The position numbers and the translations under genes were made by a program. A stretch of 64,000 bases of DNA, filler included, from Basidiobolus ranarum (lineage: Eukaryota), in NCBI GenBank assembly GCA_040143965.1. It is 3 parts of 3 records of this genome, joined end to end, with 100 filler letters (N's around TTAATTAATTAA, not from the genome) between each part and the next. Parts side by side here need not be neighbours in the genome. Positions count along the whole stretch, not along the records: positions 1 to 23,217 come from JASJQH010000170.1; positions 23,318 to 46,495 come from JASJQH010000171.1; 1 more part is not named here. One strand, written 5' to 3'. This document shows positions 12,744 to 24,220 of this stretch, one piece after another. Position 1 is the stretch's first letter. Each line of letters starts with the position of its first letter. The notes under the pieces were generated by a model that saw only the letters and a program-made list of their open reading frames with translations, was not told the DNA's origin and did not search any database.

Positions 12744-13169
12744 ATGAGATTGATCAATAAATTGGTTGTCGCCACTTTGGTTGCTGGGTTAACTGGGACT
12801 AATGGACAGATCTTCCGACCCATCACAAAAGTTCAAGGTACTGATGGTCGTAGTAATTTGCCCGCTAACGATTTCTTCCGTGATTTCCTACCTGGTCCTA
12901 TCGCAGATCTTGTCTCCGCCCCAATCATTGGTGCCGCTTCTGTTGCTGCTAATGTCTTAAAGACCGCTGGTTGCGTTATTGGTTTCTGCGGTTTACGTAG
13001 TGGTGGAACTAAGCCAGCACCTCCACCAAAAAGAAAGAACAACAACAACGGAAATGGAGGACGTCGTATTGTTTACATGAACGGCAATGGGCAAGGCAAT
13101 CAATGGCAAGGTAATCAATGGCAGGGCAATAACTGGCAGGGCAATGAGTGGCAAGGTAATACTTGGTAG
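12744..13169 (+). CDS. Small secreted protein with C-terminal GNxW(Q) pentapeptide repeats
   Basis: Signal peptide, TATA-like TATAAAT at about 12630, five repeats GNQWQ-GNQWQ-GNNWQ-GNEWQ-GNTW. Confidence 0.75.
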   Translation: MRLINKLVVATLVAGLTGTNGQIFRPITKVQGTDGRSNLPANDFFRDFLPGPIADLVSAPIIGAASVAANVLKTAGCVIGFCGLRSGGTKPAPPPKRKNNNNGNGGRRIVYMNGNGQGNQWQGNQWQGNNWQGNEWQGNTW

Positions 13170-14379
13170 CTTGAAATTAATGCTCGAAATTCCACTAGCA
13201 TTAAATAAACAATCCTACTAGAGCATCTTGGTTCATCTGATTTATATGCTTACTATTGTCAAACTAATGAAACTACAAACACATCCTTGTTGACTCATTA
13301 TTAGCTATAGTTCTGTCAGTGTTCGAGGCATTCAACAAGCCTATATAAATGCATAAATCAAGGAATAGAAGAATCCGATTTCTCTACTAATAACGCTGAT
13401 TGCGAGGCTAGTTGTATTTCGTGAAGATGGCTATCTACACAATTGATCAGAAGAAACTTCCTCCTAAATATTTCATGTGCTACTATTGGTGTTCAATTTT
13501 TCCGAAAGTACTTTCCGGAAAAATGCAATATTCTAGAGTATATTATATCGCCTGGCGCTTTTTGGCCTGACGCTTTCGGGAATGATAAGACTCCTCCCTG
13601 CCCAACCCTCTCGTCGGCTGTATTAAAAAGTTGGTATTGATACTATAATTACTAGTTACAAAATGCATTTGTAACCCGATCTATAACTTCTACCACAACT
13701 CCCATTCACCATAAAAGTGAATCCTGGTATCACAAAAAAACTGAACCTTAGTCTCATGCTTACCAAATACGTATTGACTGACCTGAATTAAGGTTATGTA
13801 TCTTTGGTAAGTGCACCATCTAAGTTCTACAACCCATATAAGAGCTTCACGTGTAAATGAATGTGTGTTTGTTTTTCCATTTTTTGCTGAGCCATTTGGA
13901 GCTCACCAATTGAAAATCAATCCTACAGAATGCTGAACACAGTTCGTATTTCCTTAATAGCTTGAGATGCCTTGGTGATTGGTCCATGATGAGCTTCTAG
14001 GCTCTTTGGGAGTTTCCCAAGGTGGGTCCTGGTTTAATATTTTTTGTGTGGTATATGTTCTTCCGTTGTTGCTGTATCCAATCTAACTTTTTTAGGCACA
14101 GACATATCGGAAATACCGCTATCCTGGTTATTATAGGTATATGCATCTAAAGTGTTCCTTTTCTATAGCAATGATCTTATATTATCAATGCGTGTAACGA
14201 ATTCTTTTCGGTGGAGATAGGCCCCTTTTGTTCATATTAACAGGAAATACCTGGGAATGCTCTGAATGACGTCTCAAAGGTACTGAATATAAATACATTG
14301 GCCAACTACCCAATTTGCGTTTTACTGCCCCTCCTGAAACATTTCAATGCCTTGCTACCTCATTCAACATCACTGAATT

Positions 14380-15768
14380 ATGTTGGACGTCCCTAGTATT
14401 TTGGCCTGTACGTTTGGTCCGTTATGGCTTGTATTCTGTGCTTGCACTAACTGGGCTTTTTGGTTTCGTCGTCATAGCCCATGTATCAAATATAGATCGC
14501 CCACAGCAACATTACTGGCAGCATTGATGATTTTTCTAGTGGGCGCTTTGTACATTTTACGTTGGTCACGTCAGTATCAAATCCCATGCTTTATCAGCCT
14601 CTGGATCACTCAGTTTAGTTTCCCAGTCATCTATTGCGTTGTGATATGTCGCTCTGTAAGGTTATTATTCTTGTATCGAATAAGTGAGGCCAAATTGGTC
14701 GCCGCCCTTCATACTCGGGAGGATCACGCTATACGACTGTTCGATACATCAAAAAGCAAGAAGATGAAGCAAGTCCATTTCCCGGAGCCTTCACCTACTG
14801 ATAATATGATTTATCCATCGGACCGAATCTTCATGGATGTGCAAGATCCAAACGTCCCAGTAGAAAAAAATTGGTTTCAAAGATATCAGAAGTTGGCCGC
14901 TGTTCACTTCTTGAAGATGACAGTGGGGTGCATATTGGCCCTTCACATCATAGTACTAGTTATAATTCAGTGTTTCACCACTCGTGCATCCATCTATCCC
15001 AACATGGGATTCACTGAGTGTTTTAGTGGATGGGAATGGATACCTCACCAAGTGTTCTCGGTCATATACAACATCATAATCCTGATTTTGTTCATCGCCT
15101 ACAGAGATGTTACTGATGGGTTTCGTGTTCGATCGGAACTCATCGCGATGGGTATTATCAATAGCTTGATGGATGTTTTCTTCTTTTTCTACTACGACGA
15201 GTCTTGGGCCAATCGATTGGATCCAAATAGTTACCTTATCAACGTCGCATTCCTCTATCTCTTCACCTTCCAATACCAAATGATTATCAAACCCACCATG
15301 ATAGCTCAGATATACCAGCCTACTTCGATCGTCAATACACGTTCTTCCAAAAAGCCTCATTTAACACTCTGTATGGAATCTTTTGATTTCATACTACAGA
15401 GTTCCTATCTGATGGAGCAATTCAAGCTGTTCGCCACTAAAGATTTCTCCGTAGAGAATGTCTTGTTCTATCAGCGTTGCTTGAAATTTCGCCAAATAGC
15501 TGAAGAAGGAACTGGATCATGTATATTAGCCGAAGCATTTGATATTTACGATGTATTCATTGCATACGAATCCCACTTGATGATTAATCTGAATGGAAGA
15601 ACTCGTCAAGATATAGAGGACTTGCTCTACCAGAATTCCTACCATGTAAATATGTTTGATGAAGCAGCGGAAGAGATCAAAGACTTGTTGTTTAGAAACA
15701 CTTTCCCAAGGTTTCTACAGGGCAAACGGCATACACAATTCGACTGGGACTCCCCCACTCAAGTATAA
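14380..15768 (+). CDS. 7TM-RGS protein (membrane domain fused to a regulator of G-protein signalling)
   Basis: About 7 hydrophobic helices, IKYRSP, C-terminal RGS motifs FKLFATKDFSVENVLFY, INL and MFDEA..EIKDLLFRNTFPRF. Confidence 0.9.
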   Translation: MLDVPSILACTFGPLWLVFCACTNWAFWFRRHSPCIKYRSPTATLLAALMIFLVGALYILRWSRQYQIPCFISLWITQFSFPVIYCVVICRSVRLLFLYRISEAKLVAALHTREDHAIRLFDTSKSKKMKQVHFPEPSPTDNMIYPSDRIFMDVQDPNVPVEKNWFQRYQKLAAVHFLKMTVGCILALHIIVLVIIQCFTTRASIYPNMGFTECFSGWEWIPHQVFSVIYNIIILILFIAYRDVTDGFRVRSELIAMGIINSLMDVFFFFYYDESWANRLDPNSYLINVAFLYLFTFQYQMIIKPTMIAQIYQPTSIVNTRSSKKPHLTLCMESFDFILQSSYLMEQFKLFATKDFSVENVLFYQRCLKFRQIAEEGTGSCILAEAFDIYDVFIAYESHLMINLNGRTRQDIEDLLYQNSYHVNMFDEAAEEIKDLLFRNTFPRFLQGKRHTQFDWDSPTQV

Positions 15769-16133
15769 CTTGGGTGATGCTTGATTGCTTATTTTTCACT
15801 GTATATATATTTTCTCTACCTATAATCTAATATAATCTTAGTGTATTCTTGCTGCCAGTCTTCATGTTAACTTTTACCTGATAAATTATCCACTTGTTAT
15901 TCAACAAAAAATTCCATGTAGTATTATTGGTGCCTATAAAGCCGTGGATCGTTGATGAAGAAAGCCCTAATGATATCGGCATTATGATAGATCCGGTGTT
16001 TCCTATATATGGTAGATACAGTCTAAAATAGTAGATATAACCAAATGAGCGCCTAACATGTTTGAAACTGGATAATTGAATCCATATAATGAGGGATTTC
16101 CTATGTCTAGTATATTCTTATATATATTGTTAT

Positions 16134-17975
16134 TCATCCGTACTTGTTGAAATTAAAGTCAACCCAAGTATCTATTAAAACATCATCATAGAGATGATAA
16201 GGATTCGCGACTAAATCCGAGGTAAGACTATTGATATGGCTATTGTCATTTAGTTCTTTAAGTAATAGGTGCGTATTTATCCTTTGTAAGTGGAACTCGA
16301 CCTCCGAGATCCCAAATGGATTTGCAAAGGACAGCTTGTCGGGTTGCAACAAAGATTTCAATGTAGGCGCTATATGACGTATTATAATCGAGGCATCAGC
16401 ATAGAAAAGTCGTATAAGTTCTATCCGGGGCTCCTTGCTTAGTGATGGTGGATGAGAACTGCAGAGTGAACTTACTAACATTATCTTCTGAAGTGCTTTC
16501 TCGGTAGTGGAGTTCCATTCCATTAGACTTCCATCATTCTTCAATACAAGCTCTCATTGTATTAGCTTCTGAATATACCGCAGGCTGAATTTGTTTTGTA
16601 GGCGACTCATAGGTCTTGTCTGAATGATGCCTAGCTCCAAGATATACTCGATCATCTCTTCATTGTTACTTTGGTGTATGTCTAGGCCACGGAGATTCAT
16701 CATATCGGTTTCTTGCAAGTAAGGCCTTAGTTTTTTCAGTAGTCTCAAGAATCCATTATGAATTGCATATACAGCATATTTCTTCACTTGCCTAGTATCT
16801 GAGGTGATGCTGGCAAGATCCACCAAGAATAACAAGACCTCTTCAGATTTGACTCGTCGAAAAGTAGTATTTGTCATTCTTGATATCAGACAACCACCTC
16901 CCGTCATGAAGACTTTAAGTACCAGTTGATGAGCTTCGGGATTCTTATACGTAGTAAATCGAGAATCTAAGTTTTGGATACAGCCGCCGAACAATGCATT
17001 GGAAATACAATCTCGTTTGTAAGCATACTTGTGTAAAATCTTGGCTACAGCTAAACTTTCAATACTAGCAAACATATCATACTCTACGGGTACATTGTAT
17101 GGCTCTTTAAAGAGCTCCTCCAGAGTACCAACATATCCCAGTGTGGCACATGCTTTAGCTACATACGTCAAAACATGATCTTCATTGGAATAAGAAACAA
17201 TCAGCCACTGAAATGTTTCTTCTTTCACCGAGTGTATTTGTATTTTGGACAGAGACTTCGACAGCAATCTTTTACCATTCTGACTGCTGAGGCACTGTGT
17301 GGCCCGACTTATACTACCATTCTCCAGATAAGCCAGAAGGAGGGTTTCTCTACCGATCGGTGGGCATATCTTTTTATTCTTCAGGTACCAACTACACACA
17401 TCGGTTGAATTGGACATTCCATTGATAATACAATGATATATGTGTGGGTATGAATAATTACCTGACGAAGGACTAAAGTTTTTGTTTCTTTCGTATAAGT
17501 ATTCGAATAGTGCCATTTTCCCTTCCTGTATACAGAGAAGTTTCGCAAATTCATCAAATTCTGTGTAGTCATCTCCAATGAGCGAGACTATGTAGATTAA
17601 GGTAAACAGGTCACCGTTACTAACTGCACTTACAAGTGAGTATTCTTTCGGAAAAATGTAGGTTGTGAGGAGCCATCGGATTAGTGGTTTATGGCGTTTT
17701 TTGATGGCATCTTCTAATACAAATCCTGCACCATCGTTTTTGGTTATCAAAGTTCGAAGGCGGTGGTTAGACTTATGGGAAAAGTCAAAGTATAAACCAA
17801 CATCTCCCACGAAGAAAAGGATATTTTCTTGTATTTCCAGTGAAAGTGACGTTACTACTGCTTTCACAAAGTCTAGAACATTCCCTATAATTTCTTCTTT
17901 AATCTTAGGGTTAGGTCTTCCTAAATGGATTAAGAGAGGAAGGCTGGGTTGGAGATGTAAATCCCTCGTAGCCAT
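16134..17975 (-). pseudogene. F-box-like/degenerate ankyrin-repeat protein, paralog 1 (premature stop)
   Basis: Homologous to the next two ORFs. In-frame TGA at 16554-16556 where paralogs read LIQRGL/LVQREL, and the paralog start ATG appears here as ATA. Confidence 0.7.
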
Positions 17976-18319
17976 AAAATAGAGTTATCTCAATCAGTGT
18001 ATTGTGTAGTCTATGCTTTACATTTCCATTAATTAATTAGAAAAGTTGCCTGATTCTCATTATAAAGCATTCGATTTTGAAGAAATCATATGCAGATATA
18101 TGGAAGGTAAAGGTATGTTTCCTTAATCCAAATATAAACTAATGTATAAATAGTGTTCATTCATGTTCAACATATTTCTTCATTTATCTAGTGGTGCCTG
18201 TGATGATATTGGCAAGGTTTACTCTATTTTCTTGGTATTTGATAATTCTTTTGATCGTTAATTCAAATATATTATTCATACTTACCTTCATAATTCTAGC
18301 ATACAATCAACTAGCATAC
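17710..18319. repeat. About 600-bp near-identical duplication (partner about 22190-22795) covering the 5' end and upstream region of paralogs 1 and 3
   Basis: Long identical runs, e.g. caaatcctgcaccatcgtttttggttatcaaagttcgaagg and ccctcgtagccataaaatagagttatctc. Confidence 0.9.
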
Positions 18320-18787
18320 AGGCGAATCGATACTGATCTACACCACTCTACCTCAGTTATAACTCTCCTCAAAATTCCAAAATTTGGTCAGACCTTCTCT
18401 GCTAATACTCATCACTCCCGAACATTTTATGCACACACAGTGAGAGCCAGATTTCTTCTTACGCATTGTACTTACTTGTCTCGCACTTAGTAATGGTAAC
18501 AAAACCACTCCTAACTGCAACCATAATGCTCACTGAATGAATCTATCCTTCCTGTAACATACATACGTTTAGAGACAATATATATTCGATTTCCTACCCT
18601 GAAATCTATTCACAGCATTCTCATAAGTAATATTAATGGAGCCTACCCCTATCCATCAACCAAGTAATATATATATTTAGCACGCAACAACTAGTGTAGG
18701 CACTCATATACACTATCTAAACCATTCTATCTACATATTGAAGCAAAGGTGTATACAGTGTGCTATTAATAGATGAGTGACTAAACT

Positions 18788-20413
18788 CTAATGACCGCTA
18801 TTTTGTAGTTCCACGCATAAAAGATACATGTTCATCGTTTGCAATTGAGCTTCAACTGTCGAGATCAAGATATTACTAAAGGATGGTGTGCGAGGCTCTG
18901 ACAGCAAATACCACCCAAAGACTCTAGGGTAAGTGAACAAGGAGACATCAGCGTAGAATCGTCGTATTAGTGCTATATAGGTTTCCTTTCTTGCTAATTG
19001 CTGGTCTGAGTTGATGTGGAATTTCATTGTCATTTCCTTCTGTAGAGCTTTTTCAGTCTCTGAGTTCCATTCCACCAAACCTCCATCATCATTCAAAACA
19101 AGACCTCTTTGGATAAGATTATGAATGAACTGTAGACTAAACTTATATGGTAGGGGCTCCATATGCGTTGTTTGGGTGATACCTAATTCCAAGATATACT
19201 CAATCATCTCTTCATTGTAACTTCGGTATATATCTAGACCTGGGAGACGATTCACATCCGTTACTCGCAAGTAGGGCAGTAATACTTTCAGAAGTTTCAA
19301 GAGTCCATGTTCAATTGCATACACAATATATTGCTTCACTTGCTTAGTATTCGAAGTGATATCGGCAAGGTCCACTAAGAACAGAAGCACTTCTTCTGAC
19401 GGTTCCTTTTTGGAATAAGCCTCTGAATGGTCCCTGAAACATCTGGCCGACTGCCTGAAGATCTTCAGTATGTGTAGGTAAGATTTTCGATTCCTATAGG
19501 TGGTAAATCGGGATTTCAATTTTTTAGTATGGCCTTGACTCAACAATTTAGAAATAGAATCCCGTTGGTAAGCATATTTGTGTAGAATCTTGGCTACTGC
19601 TAGACTTTCCATACCAGCAAACATATCATACTCTATGGGTACATTGTATGGCTCTTTAAAGAGCTCCTCCAGAGTATCAACATATCCCAGTGTGGTACAT
19701 GCTTTGGCTACATACGTCAAAACATGTTCTTCATCGGAATAGGTAACAATCAGCCATCGAAAAGTTTCTTCTTTCCCGGATTTTATGGTGGACAAAGCTT
19801 CCAATAATGGTTTAACATTCTCGTTGTCAAGGTGCTCTATGATACGAGTCATATCACCATTCTCTAGATACGCTTGAAAGAGAATCTCTTTACTAATTGG
19901 AGGGCAGACAGTTTTGTTCTTCAAGTACCATGCACATAACTCCCTTGAAGTATACAATCCTTTGATAATAGATTCACGTACAGGTTTTGAATCACAACTA
20001 AAAAATTTGTTTCTTTCATACAAGTATTCCAAGAGCTGGACTTTCCCCTCCGTGATACATAGAAGCTTTGCTTCAGTGTCATGCTCTTTGTAGTCCTCTC
20101 CAATAAGTGACACTATATGGCTTAAAGTAAATAGGTCACCATAGCTAATCGCACTTACAAGTAAGTACTCTTTTGGAAGGTCAAAAGATTTCAAAAGCCA
20201 TTGGATTAGAGGTTTATGGGCTCTTTTGATGGCTTCTTCCAAAACAAAACCAGCCCCATCATTCTTAGTTATTAAAGTGAGAAGGCGGGTATTAGACCAT
20301 TTGGAATAGTCGAAATACAAGAAAACCTCTCCTACGTAGAAAAGTATATGTTCTCGTATTTCCAGACAAAGTAACGTGGATAAAACCTTGACAAAATTCT
20401 GAAAATCGGACAT
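18788..20413 (-). CDS. F-box-like/degenerate ankyrin-repeat protein, paralog 2
   Basis: Intronless. N-terminal LCLEIREHILFY; repeats such as AISYGDLFTL, GKVQLLEYLYE, AIEHGLLKLLK. The likely start MSDFQNF is homologous to the paralog 3 start. Confidence 0.7.
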   Translation of the reverse strand: MSDFQNFVKVLSTLLCLEIREHILFYVGEVFLYFDYSKWSNTRLLTLITKNDGAGFVLEEAIKRAHKPLIQWLLKSFDLPKEYLLVSAISYGDLFTLSHIVSLIGEDYKEHDTEAKLLCITEGKVQLLEYLYERNKFFSCDSKPVRESIIKGLYTSRELCAWYLKNKTVCPPISKEILFQAYLENGDMTRIIEHLDNENVKPLLEALSTIKSGKEETFRWLIVTYSDEEHVLTYVAKACTTLGYVDTLEELFKEPYNVPIEYDMFAGMESLAVAKILHKYAYQRDSISKLLSQGHTKKLKSRFTTYRNRKSYLHILKIFRQSARCFRDHSEAYSKKEPSEEVLLFLVDLADITSNTKQVKQYIVYAIEHGLLKLLKVLLPYLRVTDVNRLPGLDIYRSYNEEMIEYILELGITQTTHMEPLPYKFSLQFIHNLIQRGLVLNDDGGLVEWNSETEKALQKEMTMKFHINSDQQLARKETYIALIRRFYADVSLFTYPRVFGWYLLSEPRTPSFSNILISTVEAQLQTMNMYLLCVELQNSGH

Positions 20414-20756
20414 ATTCTCTTCTCCAAAGTCATGTAAAAGGGATAAAATCTTAAAGTGGATTAAGAATGCCTTCGTGCCTCTAAAAAAAATACTGGAGAT
20501 TGTTCTATTGCATTGCCCCCTTTCCATATTGATTCTTTTTAGAGCAGTCCTCTCTTTATTAATTAATGAAGTTGAATGATTTCCATATTTATTAATTAAC
20601 ATGATTCATGGCATTGATTCCTATTATTATATATAGAGTTCATCGGAGGATTCAATGCGTAAATAGACGGGGATACTGACCATAAGCTGACTTTAGTGTA
20701 TGTATTGACTGTACTACTAACAGTATCAACAAAGTGTTAATAACTTAGAACTCCGA

Positions 20757-22367
20757 TTATGGCTTTTGTTCTGACTTAGCTTCGCTCGAATTATGACTAT
20801 TGCTTTGTAATTCCTTGAGTAGTATTCTCATTTTTATGCTTTGTAAATAAGCTGAGATGTCTGAGACCATGGTATCCATTGACATTCTGTCACGGAAGTA
20901 GAAATGGCAAGGGTAGGTTGGACTCGAGATATCAGCATAGAATAGGCGTATTAGTGCTGTCTGGGACTCCTTGTCTGGTGACCGTACGTATTGGCAGTAG
21001 TTGAATATGCTATATAACTTTCCCTTCTGAAGGAATTTCTCAGTTTCTGCATTCCATTTCATTGGTTCTCCATCCTCCAAAAGAAGTTCTCTTTGTACAA
21101 GATTCTGAAGAAGCTGTAGGCTAAAGGAAGACGGCAGATCGGGTACACTCAACGTTTGGGTAATGCCTAATTCCAAGACATACTCAATCATCTCTTCATT
21201 GTAACTTTGGTATATGCCTAGTCGTGGAAGACGATTCACATCGCTTTCTTGCAAGTAAGATACTAACTTTTTCAGAAGCTTTAAGTACCCATTTTCAATT
21301 GCATATACAATATATTCCCTCGTATGCCTAGTACTCGAAATAATATCAGCAAGGTCTACTAAGAATAACAACACTTCTTCGGAGTGTTCCTTCTTCCGGT
21401 ATGACTTTTTGAAGGTCTCCAGTACCCTGCGGTAAGATTTTCGGTTCCGGTAAGTGGAAAATCGGGATTTTACCTTCCGGATGTTACCATTGTTCAACAA
21501 TTGGGAAATAGAATCCTGTTTGTAGGCATATTTATGTAGAATCTTGGCTACTGCTAGACTTTCAATACCAGCAAACATATCATACTCTATGGGTACATTG
21601 TATGGCTCTTTAAGAAGTACCTCCAGAGTATCAACATGGCCTATTCTGGCACATGCTGCGGCTACACATATCAGGACATGTTCTTCTTTGGGATAAGTAA
21701 CAATAAGCCATTGAAACGTTTCTTCTTTCCCTGAATTTATCATGGCCAAAGCGCTCAATAATATTTTGATATCCTTGCTATCTAGGTACTCTGTAGCCCG
21801 AGTTATGTCATCATTCTCCAGATAAGCCCGAAGGAGGGTTTCTTTACCGATCAGTGGGCATATCTTTTTATTCTTCAGGTACCAACTACAAATCTCACTT
21901 GAGTTGTACATTCCAGCGATAATACAGGAACGTATTTGTGACTGATGACAATTAAAGGTTGCGTTTCTCTCATACAAGTATTCCAATAGAGGGATTTTCC
22001 CCGCCGATATGCAATAAAGTATTGCCAGTGTGTCATAATCTTTATAATCTTCTCCAATACAAGTGATTACATGCATTAGAGTAAACAGATCACCGTAGAG
22101 AACCGCAGTCAGAAATATATACTCTGTGGGTAGTTCGAAGGATGTAAGGAGCCACTGTAACAGTGGTTTATGGGAGTTCTTGATGGCGTCTTCTAATGCA
22201 AATCCTGCACCATCGTTTTTGGTTATCAAAGTTCGAAGGCGGTGGTTAGACTTATGGGAAAAGTCAAAGTATAAACCAACATCTCCCACGAAGAAAAGGA
22301 TATTTTCTTGTATTTCCAGTGAAAGTGACGTTACTACTGCTTTCACAAAGTCTAGAAAATTCCTCAT
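20757..22367 (-). CDS. F-box-like/degenerate ankyrin-repeat protein, paralog 3
   Basis: 536 aa intronless ORF sharing EPYNVP.EYDMFA..ESLAVAKILHKYAY with the other two copies. Confidence 0.7.
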   Translation of the reverse strand: MRNFLDFVKAVVTSLSLEIQENILFFVGDVGLYFDFSHKSNHRLRTLITKNDGAGFALEDAIKNSHKPLLQWLLTSFELPTEYIFLTAVLYGDLFTLMHVITCIGEDYKDYDTLAILYCISAGKIPLLEYLYERNATFNCHQSQIRSCIIAGMYNSSEICSWYLKNKKICPLIGKETLLRAYLENDDITRATEYLDSKDIKILLSALAMINSGKEETFQWLIVTYPKEEHVLICVAAACARIGHVDTLEVLLKEPYNVPIEYDMFAGIESLAVAKILHKYAYKQDSISQLLNNGNIRKVKSRFSTYRNRKSYRRVLETFKKSYRKKEHSEEVLLFLVDLADIISSTRHTREYIVYAIENGYLKLLKKLVSYLQESDVNRLPRLGIYQSYNEEMIEYVLELGITQTLSVPDLPSSFSLQLLQNLVQRELLLEDGEPMKWNAETEKFLQKGKLYSIFNYCQYVRSPDKESQTALIRLFYADISSPTYPCHFYFRDRMSMDTMVSDISAYLQSIKMRILLKELQSNSHNSSEAKSEQKP

Positions 22368-22797
22368 ATTCTCCGCTAAGATTAGGGTTAGGTCTTCCTA
22401 AATGGATTAAGAGAGGAAGGCTGGGTTGGAGATGTAAATCCCTCGTAGCCATAAAATAGAGTTATCTCAATCAGTGTATTGTGTAGTCTATGCTTTACAT
22501 TTCCATTAATTAATTAGAAAAGTTGCCTGATTCTCATTATAAAGTACTCAATTTTGAAGAAATCGTATGCAGATATATGGAAGGTCAAGGTGTGTTTCCT
22601 TAATCCAAATATAAACTAATGTATAAACAGCGTTCATTCATGTTCAATATATTTCTTCATTTATCTAGTGGTGCCTGTGATGATGTTGGCAAGGTTTACT
22701 CTATTTTCTTGGTATTTGATAATTCTTTTATCATTAACTCAAATATATTACTCATACTTTGCTTCATAATTTTAGCATACATTCAACTAGCATACTG

Positions 22798-23005
22798 TTA
22801 AAGTATTTGGGAGCCTGTTGGAAGTGGTTTGGAGAATTAGAGGAATTGGTGGTTTTCACTCATTGATTTATCAATTATTCAGTTGACATTTATAGTTTTG
22901 TCAAGATGTAAGCAAACCAACATGTAGAATGTGCCAAAGAGGGTCTCAAGGACATGTGTGCAAAGTTTGGGGCTTCTAGCACAAGTTTGAATAAGTCTTT
23001 ATGTT
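22798..23005. mobile_element. End of a TIR DNA element (same family as 46596-47080), starting at TTAA
   Basis: ttaaagtatttgggagcctgttggaagtgg...ttttgtcaagatgtaagcaaaccaacatgtagaatgtg matches the arms at 46596 and 46880-47080. Confidence 0.7.
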
Positions 23006-23217
23006 AAAGACAAATTGCTAATTTCAGGGTTAGGGTCAAGTTTTTAGTAACTTTATTAAGCATCACCTATATATGGTGTGCTTTAAGATAATCAAAGAAG
23101 GTCAATAGGGACATAAAATGAAGAAATTTGAAACTCCAGTGGAGCTTACTAGGGAAAGAAAGGTATCAAGAATAGGCTTTTGTTGGAGGATCTTGACATA
23201 ATGGGGGTAGACTTTGA

Positions 23218-23317
23218 NNNNNNNNNNNNNNNNNNNNNNNNNNNNNNNNNNNNNNNNNNNNTTAATTAATTAANNNNNNNNNNNNNNNNNNNNNNNNNNN
23301 NNNNNNNNNNNNNNNNN
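23218..23317. other. Assembly gap (100 nt) with TTAATTAATTAA spacer
   Basis: N runs flank an all-frame stop linker. Confidence 0.95.
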
Positions 23318-23505
23318 AGCAAGAATATACTGCCAGCCATCTACCCAGGTTGTATTTTACCATTTAATTACATGAGCAACAAAATGAATTAAATTTTTAG
23401 AAATATGAATAAAATGCAGACAGAAAATCCATCATGTATTAATATATGGTTATTGTCTATATATTGTGAACAACACACGGGTTAGGGTAAAGGGCGATGT
23501 AGTGC

Positions 23506-23750
23506 AATTTCAAGCAAAGAATTACTTCTTCACTTATTCTGCTTATCCTATCCAGCTTAAGGGCACTATAACCAAACAAGTTGCTGTTTTTTACCTTCCT
23601 TCATTGTCCCCATCTGACGAAGATGCTCTTCTTAGTACTCGTTCCAATCTCAACAGGGCCCTTATAGCGTAAACTACTTGACATACCCTTAGATGTTATG
23701 TGTGTAGAAGTACATATAGTGACGCTATTTAATATCATACTTTGATAATG
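23506..23750 (+). pseudogene. Possible degraded HUH Rep (geminivirus/genomovirus-like) fragment
   Basis: QFQAKNYFFTYS resembles Rep motif I (xAKNYFLTY). Downstream CVEVH/SDAI*YHTLI resembles a broken motif II. Confidence 0.35.
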
Positions 23751-24220
23751 AGGGGCTATCCATGATGATAACCACAATTATGGTTGAGTTCCAAGGTGAA
23801 GACCAAGGATATTCAGTGGAAGTACCGTATACCTTATATTTCTTATGGCTTTAAGTATTTGAGTGCAGTACTTACTATCTTAGGGTTAGATGATTTAGGT
23901 TAAATACTTAGGTATGGCTCAAGTATATTGATTCTATTTGTTCATTTTGAATGAAGTACCAAGTATGTTTAAATATATTTAGACTAAAGAACTTGAAAAT
24001 TGTTGAGATATGACATTGCCGAGTCAAATGTGATGGCTATTATGAATGAGAATCAAGGGTCCATATTCTGGTGGTAATGTATACAAAAGCAAGTCTCACG
24101 TATCACTTGTTAGCAGCAATATATTTCGAAAACAAAGTGAAGAATAACAAGGAGATTAGGCCAAGATAACTCTCATGACTTGTGGGCATGGTGAGCCTTT
24201 GTAGAATGCCATATTTTCGA

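Noticed and set aside
22264-22452. 62-aa ORF MATRDLHLQ... upstream of paralog 3
   Set aside because: Out-of-frame product of the duplicated upstream block; the homologous start is at 22367.
23218-23317. TTAATTAATTAA palindrome inside N runs (also 46496-46595)
   Set aside because: Identical artificial gap linker with stops in all frames; not biological.
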